The notes beneath the pieces are model-generated. The model made no database searches. It had not been told where the DNA came from and worked only from the letters and a program-made list of their open reading frames with translations. Position numbers and translations under genes: made by a program. Of a stretch of 64,000 nt of DNA, positions 47,944 to 56,000 are shown in pieces (the first letter of the stretch is position 1; each line of letters opens with the position of its first letter). The stretch comes from Bacteroidota bacterium. Its GTDB lineage: Bacteria; Bacteroidota; Bacteroidia; Flavobacteriales_F; PHOS-HE28. The stretch covers positions 4,537 through 68,536 of the forward strand of contig CAUJED010000104.1 of NCBI GenBank assembly GCA_963169535.1, given 5' to 3'.

Positions 47944-49302
47944 ATGTGCATATCCGGTCGGAATTTCGCGCTCGCCCTTTGCTACGGCATCTTGGCCATG
48001 GCGCAAGGCCAGTGGACCACTGGTGGTGTGTTCGCCTCCTCTCAGCAGTTCAGCGGGGCGCTGGCTTTCGATGAGGACAACGCGATCTTCGTGAACGGCT
48101 CAACCGATCCGTGGAACCTGAACTACGAGGGCCAGATCGTGGCCACTACCGGTGGCAATGCAGGTCAGGGTACGGTGTTCTATTATCCGGCAGGCACCGT
48201 ACTGGAGGATGTGGATGGATGGGCCGGAAGCACACCAGCTTATGTCGATGGCTACTACTGGGTGGTCGGCAGCAGACGCACCATGACCAACCAGATCAGG
48301 CGCAGCCTTGTGATCCGGAACATGCCGGGCCAACTGCCCAGTTCCTTCACGGAAGTGTTCACCGGATCGAACAGGTACTATCGCTGCATCGACATGCTGG
48401 ATGTGGACAACGGCTTCTGTGGTGGTGCATCCGTGGCAGGTGATGGATCGATCGATCGCACCACTGATGGAGGTGTGACGTGGGTACAGACGGACACTTT
48501 CCCGGGGCAAGTGATCTCGCGCATCCGCTTCGTGAACGGATCGCTCGGCTTCGCCGTGAGCAACGGTTCACATTGGAACGCGAACGGCACCATCGACCTG
48601 CCCGATAGTGGCAACGTGTACCGCACCATGGATGGCGGTGCTTCCTGGCAGATCGTGCTTTCTGCCGTCGGTACGGGTTTCAGTGGTGTGTGGTTCACCG
48701 ATCAGCTGAACGGTTGTGTGACGCGCAACGATGGAGCCATCCTGCGCACAACGGATGGTGGTACGACCTGGCTACCGACAACGATCGCACTTGCTCCGCC
48801 GTTCCTGCTCACTGCGGTGACCGGCACGCCGAGCGGGACATTGTACGCCAGCGGTTATCGTGCTGACAACAGCGGGGCCATCATCCTCTCGAGCATCGAT
48901 GGGGGAGCCACATGGCAATTGAACCATTACTCATCGACAGGTGTCGGCAGGCGCATCAACAACATCTATTTCCTGAACGACGACGTGGGCTACGCACCGG
49001 CCTGGACCTGTGTATGGAGCACGGGCAACGGCGGCAATGTGGCGACAGCCCTTCCGAGCACCCATGCCTCAACGACCGCCCTGCTCTATCCAAACCCGAG
49101 CTCCACTACGGTACAACTGGAACTGGCAAGAACAGGAGCCGTTGTCCGAGTGATCGATCTGCAAGGACGCACAGTGATCGGTGGCCTCCGCACATCGGAC
49201 CTGCGCACTGTGATTGATGTCTCGGAACTGGCGGCGGGGCTCTATCAGGTGGAGGTCGTGACCGGAGACGACGCCACGATGCTCACGTTGCAGAAGGAGT
49301 GA
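47944..49302 (+). CDS. Secreted BNR/Asp-box beta-propeller protein (Ycf48/sialidase-like fold) with a T9SS type-A C-terminal domain
   Basis: Asp-box repeats DRTTDGGVTW, YRTMDGGASW, LRTTDGGTTW, SSIDGGATW. C-terminus LLYPNPSSTTVQLEL...LAAGLYQVEVV...LTLQKE. The start is set at 47944 (MCISGRNFALALCYGILAMAQG), since the longer ORF reads through the nrdA terminator. Confidence 0.82.
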   Translation: MCISGRNFALALCYGILAMAQGQWTTGGVFASSQQFSGALAFDEDNAIFVNGSTDPWNLNYEGQIVATTGGNAGQGTVFYYPAGTVLEDVDGWAGSTPAYVDGYYWVVGSRRTMTNQIRRSLVIRNMPGQLPSSFTEVFTGSNRYYRCIDMLDVDNGFCGGASVAGDGSIDRTTDGGVTWVQTDTFPGQVISRIRFVNGSLGFAVSNGSHWNANGTIDLPDSGNVYRTMDGGASWQIVLSAVGTGFSGVWFTDQLNGCVTRNDGAILRTTDGGTTWLPTTIALAPPFLLTAVTGTPSGTLYASGYRADNSGAIILSSIDGGATWQLNHYSSTGVGRRINNIYFLNDDVGYAPAWTCVWSTGNGGNVATALPSTHASTTALLYPNPSSTTVQLELARTGAVVRVIDLQGRTVIGGLRTSDLRTVIDVSELAAGLYQVEVVTGDDATMLTLQKE

Positions 49303-49334
49303 TCCAACTGCACGTAGCGTGGCCGCGTTTCATA

Positions 49335-49428
49335 GCGTAGCCTGCGGCTGAGCTCGCCGAGAACAGGAGCACGGTAAAATATGGCAACCCTTGCGTTCGC
49401 TGGCATGCTGAGCAGCCGCAGGCTACGC
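49335..49428. repeat. Perfect 16-bp inverted repeat with a 62-nt loop in a convergent intergenic region
   Basis: GCGTAGCCTGCGGCTG (49335-49350) and CAGCCGCAGGCTACGC (49413-49428). Confidence 0.85.
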
Positions 49429-49711
49429 GCGGATCAACGGATCACTACGACCGGTCGATCTTCGACAACCCCGGCTCGTCCTGATAGTCCCGCTCCGAGC
49501 TGTAGCAATAGTCGTGTGGTTGTTCACCCGACCGGCGCGTATAGAGGACGACTTGTCCGGTCCCAACACCTGTATCCGGGTATGGCGACAACTCGGCTCA
49601 ACGATCACGCCCGACCGTGCATGGCATGACCCTGCGCTGAGGGAAGCCTGCTGGACCGCCCGATAGGATCGGGAGCGCGGTGGTCTGTGGCACACCCCTA
49701 CCGCAAAGACC

Positions 49712-50938
49712 TCAACGCACCACCGCCCGTGCCTGGAGCACGTGTCCATCCACTCCACGCATCTGGATCAGGTAGCTGCCTGCTGGTAGCGGAAGCAGGT
49801 CGAGTTCAACCTGCGAACCGCTCAAGGACCGTTGCATCACGGTTCGACCTGTGGCATCCAAGAGATCCAAGATGACACCCTGTGGTGGAATGTTCGTAAT
49901 GGTCAGTGGCCCGTCCGTGGGTACGGGGAAGACCTTCATTCCCGTGAACGCTGGATCCGCTGCCACCACGCCGGTATGGTTCGGATAGGTCGTGGCATTC
50001 CCCGGGATGGTGAAGTGCCCGCTCTGCGGTCCGGTATTGCCCGCCGACACGGTGCCCCGGTAGGTGGGGCCGATCACGTAGGGATAGGCGGGCAGCAGGC
50101 TCTCGGTGAGGGTGACGAAGTAGGCGTAGGTGCCTTCCGGGTATTCGGGTGTAACACAGGTACGACCATTGTGCTCGTCGAGGTCGCCGGACCCGGCCAC
50201 GTAGGCATAGTCCTCCAGGAACGCGCCCAACGGATATTGCCCACCGATCGCGGGGCCATACTGGTTCGCCTGCAAGGCACTACCGTCTGGCCGTGTGGTC
50301 CGGTCCGTGATCCCACGCAGTTGGTAGCTGCTCCGCATACGACTGAGGCCACCGGTTCCATCGGGGTTGGTATAGGCGAACGCACCATAGACCGGGTAGC
50401 CATCGAAGGCGAAACCGATCAGGTCGCTGTGGTGTTCGTCATCGGTATGGGCATACAGGCAGTTCGGGCTGACATGGTGATGGTATTCGCCGTTCGGCGC
50501 CGGGTGCCCGAGGCAGGCATCGAAGCTCGGTCCCTCGAAGATGTAGGCATCCCGGTTCCAGATCCCTTGGTTGTTGTAGCTCATGCCATCCTTGGCGTTG
50601 AAGATGCTCACCCCGTTGCGCCAGACACCGATGTGGCCGAGCGGCGTGTTCACCAACGTGCCGGTGTTCTCCATGGGCTCGCGCGTGATCCGGAAGCAGA
50701 AGTCCTGGTTCGTTGGGGTGTTCGGGTTGCCCACCCACGGACCGATGTCGTATCCCGGCACACAGGTGCAACGCACGTACACATCGGTCTCCGTATAGGC
50801 CACTTGCTGCACGTTCGTCAGCATGCCGTTGTATCCCGTTTCTTCACCCGGGTTGATGATCCAGCTGGTGATGGTGGGGGGCTGGGCCATGGACAACATG
50901 GCTGAGGTGACGACGAGGAGGAACAGCAGGGGCTTCAT
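49712..50938 (-). CDS. Secreted YHYH-domain protein with a T9SS type-A C-terminal domain
   Basis: Signal peptide MKPLLFLLVVTSAMLSMAQ. Motifs GEYHHHVSP and FDGYPVYG. C-terminus KVFPVPTDGPLTI...LPAGSYLIQM. Confidence 0.8.
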   Translation of the reverse strand: MKPLLFLLVVTSAMLSMAQPPTITSWIINPGEETGYNGMLTNVQQVAYTETDVYVRCTCVPGYDIGPWVGNPNTPTNQDFCFRITREPMENTGTLVNTPLGHIGVWRNGVSIFNAKDGMSYNNQGIWNRDAYIFEGPSFDACLGHPAPNGEYHHHVSPNCLYAHTDDEHHSDLIGFAFDGYPVYGAFAYTNPDGTGGLSRMRSSYQLRGITDRTTRPDGSALQANQYGPAIGGQYPLGAFLEDYAYVAGSGDLDEHNGRTCVTPEYPEGTYAYFVTLTESLLPAYPYVIGPTYRGTVSAGNTGPQSGHFTIPGNATTYPNHTGVVAADPAFTGMKVFPVPTDGPLTITNIPPQGVILDLLDATGRTVMQRSLSGSQVELDLLPLPAGSYLIQMRGVDGHVLQARAVVR

Positions 50939-51099
50939 GTTCGGTTCGACAACGGAACGGGGCCATGGTTCGATCGATGCGACCCTTCACCTGGCGCACC
51001 ACCGTTGGCCAGGATGTTCCTGCGTCCTTCTCGGTGTGTCGGAAGATCGAGGACATCCATATCCGACTTACGTACCTTGGCGACAAAACATCTTCCTCC

Positions 51100-51324
51100 A
51101 TGGAAACCTGGCTCACCTCCCTGATCACGAAGACCCCGCAAGAAGGTTTCGAGTTGGCCATCAAGTTGTCGCGCATGGGTGTGAAGTACACACAGCCTTC
51201 GGCCGAGGTGCGCGATAAGCTGCGCCCCGCCTATGCGGAGAACGCGGACAGCCTCACCATGGCCTCACACGTGGTGGCGGTCAACTTCCAGACAGTGGCA
51301 GCGGCCAACGGTTACTGGCGATAG
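51100..51324 (+). CDS. Small hypothetical protein (74 aa)
   Basis: METWLTSLITKTPQEGFELAIKLSRMGVKY... No recognisable family. The upstream part of the track ORF looks non-coding. Confidence 0.3.
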   Translation: METWLTSLITKTPQEGFELAIKLSRMGVKYTQPSAEVRDKLRPAYAENADSLTMASHVVAVNFQTVAAANGYWR

Positions 51325-51384
51325 GTGCATCAACCGTCGCCCACCGCAATGGCCGACGCTACATGGGCCCTGGAGCAGAGTGGC

Positions 51385-51906
51385 TCAGTGTGCCTGTTCC
51401 GCGGCCAGTTTAAGACAGTCGCATCCCAAGGCCTTGTCCACGAAGTCTTTGAGGAAGTGCATGTCGCTGCGGGCGCGTCTGCGGCCTGTGCGTTCCAGAT
51501 AGAACAACACACCGATGCCGAGCACCACAACGGGCACCAGATAGAACCCCCATGCCGCGTGCTTGAGCATCAGCTGTGCAACGCCGAGGGTGATGGCGGT
51601 AAGGCCCAGTAGGATGAGGGCGAGGTAGCCTCCGGCGAAGAGCATCCAGATGCCGGGCGAGGGGCCGATGAGGCATCGCACCATGGTGTTCCCGTTCTCC
51701 AGGACTTCGAAGGAGAGGTCCATCTCAGGGGTCCATGCTTCTGCGCCGTTCGGTTGAAAGGCCAGTGTTACATGGTCGCGGGTGTTCTTGGCCCAGATCT
51801 TACGCGGATTCTCCGCTTGCAAGCGCTGGCCGATACGGTCGGTGATCATCGCGGCATCCATGTCCGATTCGAAACGGAATCGAGGTCTGAAACCAGGTAC
51901 GTCCAT
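51385..51906 (-). CDS. Hypothetical membrane protein (soluble N-terminal domain plus 3 predicted TM helices)
   Basis: Hydrophobic stretches IWMLFAGGYLALILLGLTAITLGVAQL and FYLVPVVVLGIGVLFYL. The start is tentatively the ATG at 51906 (MDVPGFRPRF). Confidence 0.5.
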   Translation of the reverse strand: MDVPGFRPRFRFESDMDAAMITDRIGQRLQAENPRKIWAKNTRDHVTLAFQPNGAEAWTPEMDLSFEVLENGNTMVRCLIGPSPGIWMLFAGGYLALILLGLTAITLGVAQLMLKHAAWGFYLVPVVVLGIGVLFYLERTGRRRARSDMHFLKDFVDKALGCDCLKLAAEQAH

Positions 51907-52025
51907 GGATGTGAAAATAGGGAGCTGGACGTTGCCCGTGCAGTTGTGCCACGAATGGACCATGGATGTGGCCGTTCTTCGGAAAGGCGTACCGCTACCT
52001 GTTCCTTGGCGAACTTTGCGTCCCG

Positions 52026-52781
52026 ATGACCGGTCAGTGCCGCACCGCCACCCTGTTGTTCGCCATGGCTATGGCCGCATCGTTGGCCGCGCAAGTGGTG
52101 AACATCGAAGGGCGTCGTTTCGTGAACGACACGGTGCCCTGGGCCGGTGTGGTCGACTTCCGGTATCACCTCACGGAGAACACGCAGCGCAGTTACATGT
52201 TCGGCCTGGCCGGCGCGGTGCAGCATGTGCGGGGCAAGCATCGCTATTTGGTGATCACCGACCTTGCGGCGAGCAGGGTGGAAAGCAACTCTTTCCTCAA
52301 CACGGGCTTCCAGCACTTGCGGTACAACTATGCATGGTTGAAGCGGTGGACGGGTGAGGCGTTCGCCCAGGCACAATACAACAAACCGCTGCACCTGGAT
52401 CTGCGGGCCACGTTGGGAGCCGGGCCGCGGCTGCGTGTGGTGAACGAAGAGGACCTGCGCATGCATGTGGGCACCTCGTTGATGTTGGAGCATGAGCGCA
52501 CCACCGATGGGGAATCGTTCGTTCACGGTCGCAACAGCAGCTATCTGGCCGTTACGCTGCGGTTCAGTCACATCACCAGCTTCACCACGGTGGTATACTA
52601 TCAACCCAAGCTGTTCGCGGCTTGGGATCATCGGATCGCTATGGAAGCCGGGTTGCTGTTATCCCTCACCTCGCGATATACGGTGGAAAGCCGTTTGAAC
52701 CTGTTGCGCGATACGGCACAACCCACGGATGTGCCGGGGTTCACCTACGGTTGGAACAACCGCTTCGGCATCCGTTTCTGA
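52026..52781 (+). CDS. DUF481-like outer-membrane beta-barrel protein
   Basis: Signal peptide MTGQCRTATLLFAMAMAASLAAQ. Alternating beta-strand pattern and a C-terminal aromatic residue (...NRFGIRF) typical of OM barrels. Confidence 0.6.
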   Translation: MTGQCRTATLLFAMAMAASLAAQVVNIEGRRFVNDTVPWAGVVDFRYHLTENTQRSYMFGLAGAVQHVRGKHRYLVITDLAASRVESNSFLNTGFQHLRYNYAWLKRWTGEAFAQAQYNKPLHLDLRATLGAGPRLRVVNEEDLRMHVGTSLMLEHERTTDGESFVHGRNSSYLAVTLRFSHITSFTTVVYYQPKLFAAWDHRIAMEAGLLLSLTSRYTVESRLNLLRDTAQPTDVPGFTYGWNNRFGIRF

Positions 52782-53026
52782 AGTCGTTCCGCTGTGGTGC
52801 ATCGGGCAGTGGCGGCATGATGGATCGACCACGAAGATCCGTTCGCGAAGACGGGGCCGAATGGACCCCACCCCTGGGTGTGCTGGTGTGATGTACCGGA
52901 AAGCGGTGTTCCTGGATCGTATGTGGATGCGCATGGCCGCACGGAGTATCGAGGCTGGCGCATCGATGCGGACAGGCGGACGAAGTGCCTGGGGCGGAGG
53001 TGCCGCGGGGGTCGCGGTGTGAACAG

Positions 53027-53057
53027 GAAGGGGCGACCGATCATCGGCCGCCCCTTC
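53027..53057 (-). terminator. Strong hairpin 25 nt downstream of the giant adhesin gene
   Basis: GAAGGGGCG-A-CCGA-TCA-TCGG-C-CGCCCCTTC. Confidence 0.65.
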
Positions 53058-53082
53058 GGATGCGTGGTCGTATGGATCGGGA

Positions 53083-56000
53083 TCACTCCACCATCACCTT
53101 GCCGGTCACCACCGCGCTGCCGGAGATGATGCGGTACAGGTACATGCCTGCCTTGTTGCCTGCGGCATCCCATTCGATCCGCTGACGGCCTGCCGACAAG
53201 GTCCCGAGCTGGCGCGATGTGACCATGGCGCCGCTCATGTTCCAGATCTCGAAGGTGGTCTCCTCCTCGGTGTCGGTGGTGAAGAGGAATGCCGTGGGGC
53301 CGGTGGTGGGGTTCGGGTACACATCCACCTCGAGCTGGTCGTGGGCAAGGGACTTGGAGGTGACCATGGCGATGTCATGGTCCAATGCGGGAGCCATGCC
53401 GCTGTTCGGACAGATCAGGTAGCCGCTGCTCATCGTACCGCCAGCATACCCTTCGTTGATCGCGGTGATGGCCGCGTTCAGCGCTTCGCGGGTGTAGCTG
53501 CTGCCGCAACTGCCGATCTTCTCATCGGCCACTTGGATCAACTCAGCCACGGTCCACCCGGCGAACAGGCCGTTGGCGATCACCATGTTCTTGAGCAGGG
53601 TGGTCGCTGGGCTGAAGTTGGTGTAGAACTCATCGAACCGCACATTGAGTTTTAGGGCGACCAGCTGCCCTGCGAAAGTGTTGTTGTAGGAGGTCGGGTT
53701 CACCATGGTGCCCGAGGGTAGCGCGGCGATGGTGCCGTTGGAAGGGAGGAAGGAGAGCGCGGCCCAGCCACTGGTGATCCGCATTTGGCGGCTACCGCAA
53801 CCAATGGTGAGGTAGTTCGGCGCAGTGAAGGCCGATGCGAAGTTGTACATCAGGTACAGGGCCATGTTGTTCCCGGCAGGTTGGGCGCCCCAGGTTTCCT
53901 GGGTCTCGGTGCGGATGCCGGAGCAAGCGTTGTTCGCCGTTACGTTGATGGTGGTGCTGCACGTGGCGGTGCATCCACGCGCATCGGTCACCACCACCGA
54001 ATAGGTGCCGGAGGTGGAAACGTTGGTGCTTGCCGAGGAACTCGAAGGCGAAGTGTTCCAGCTATAGCTGTAGGGTGCGAGGCCACCGGAAGCCACGGCC
54101 TGGATGGTGCCGGTGTTGGGGTTGGCACTGCAGCTCACCGTGGGGCTGCCGTACACCTGTACCGTGGTGCCAGCCGAGGTGCGGCTGCAACCGTTGTTCG
54201 TCACCACCACGGTGTAGGTACCGGCAAGGGTGGCCACATACGTACTGTTCGTGGCTCCTGCGATGGTGGTGCCATTCCGGTGCCAGCTGTATGAAAGCCC
54301 GCTGCCCGTGTTGGCGTTCAGGGTCACGCTGCCACCGGCACAGAACGAGGTGGCGGAGGCGGCGGTGATGGTGGCGCTTGGGGCTGATCCTACGGCGATG
54401 TTGATCGCTGCCGAGGTGCTGGAGCAGGAGCCATTGGTCACCGTAACGGTGAAGGCACCGTTCAGATAGGCGGTGTAGGCATAGCTGGTGGCTCCGGAGA
54501 TCACGGCGCCGTTGTAGCGCCATTGGTAGGTGTTGCCGCTGGCCTGCTGGGTGGTAAGGATCACATTGCCACCCGAGCAGAAGCTGGTGGGGCCTTGGGC
54601 GCTGATCACTGGGCTCGGACCACTGCCCGAAGCGCTCACGCTCACCCCGCTGCTGGTGGCCGAGCATGCGCCATTGGTCACGGTAACGGTGTAGGTACCG
54701 GTGATGGTGGCGGTATAGCTGGCGCTGGTGGCGCCGGAGATGGCGGTGCCGCCCCTGCGCCATTGGTAGGTATTGCCTGTGGCACTGGTGGTGGTGAGCA
54801 CCACGCTGCCGCCCGTGCAGAAGCTGGTGGGGCCTTGAGCGGTGATCACCGGGCTGGATCCACTTCCGGAAGCGTTCACACTAACACCATTGCTGGTGGC
54901 CGTGCAAGCGCCATTGGTCACGGTAACGGTATACGTACCGGTGATGGTGGCGGTATAGGTGGCGCTGGTGGCACCGGAGATGGCGGTACCGCCCCTGCGC
55001 CATTGGTAACTGTAACCCGTGGTGCTGGCCGTAGAGAGCACCACGTTGCCACCCGAGCAGAAACTGGTGGGGCCCTGGGCCGTGGTGCTGGGGGTGGTCA
55101 GGGCGGAGATCGTGACACCGATGGCATTGCTGGTACCCGAGCAGGTTCCGCTGGTGACCGTGACCGTGTAATTGCCTGCCAGGGTGGCGGTGTAGCTGTT
55201 GCTTGTCGCTCCGCTGATCACGGCGCCGTTCCTATGCCAGGCGTAGCTGCTACCACTCACGGAAGGGGTGCTGATCACCACGCTGCCACCCGTGCAGAGG
55301 GCGGTGGCCCCTTGCGCGGTGGCCGTGGGCGTGGAGCCGGCCGTCACCGTCACGGTGATCGCGTTGGAGGTGGCCGAGCATCCGTTGTTCGTCACCGTGC
55401 GGGTGTAGCTTCCAGCGGTCGTAGCGGTATACGAGCTGGAGGTGGCGCCGCTGATCACCACGCCGTTCCGTGCCCAGGTGTAGGTGTGGCCCGTGGTGGA
55501 ACTCCCGCTCAGTAGCACACTGCCACCGGAGCACACCGTGGTGGAACCACCGGCGGTGATCGTAGCGGTCGGGGCCGAGCCCACGCTGATGTTGACCGGA
55601 GCTGAGGTGGTTGAACAGCCTCCGTTGGTCACCGTCACCGTCATGGCTCCGTTCATGTACGCGGTATAGGCATAGCTGGTGGCACCGGAAAGGGCCGTGC
55701 CATTGAGCCGCCACTGATAGGTATTGCCGCTGGCCTGTTGGGTGGTGAGGATCACGTTGCCTCCGGAGCAGAAGCTGGCGGCACCATGGGTGGTGATCAC
55801 CGGTGTGGGGCCATTGCCCGTGGCGCTGACACTGATCGCGTTGGAGGTGGCCACACACGTTCCGTTGGTGACGGTCACGGTGTAGGTCCCTGTCTGCGTG
55901 GCGGTGTATGTACTGCTGGTGGCGCCACTGATCGCAGAACCGCCATTGCGCCATTGATACGTGTTGCCCGAGGCCGTGCTACTGGTAAGCACCACGCTCC

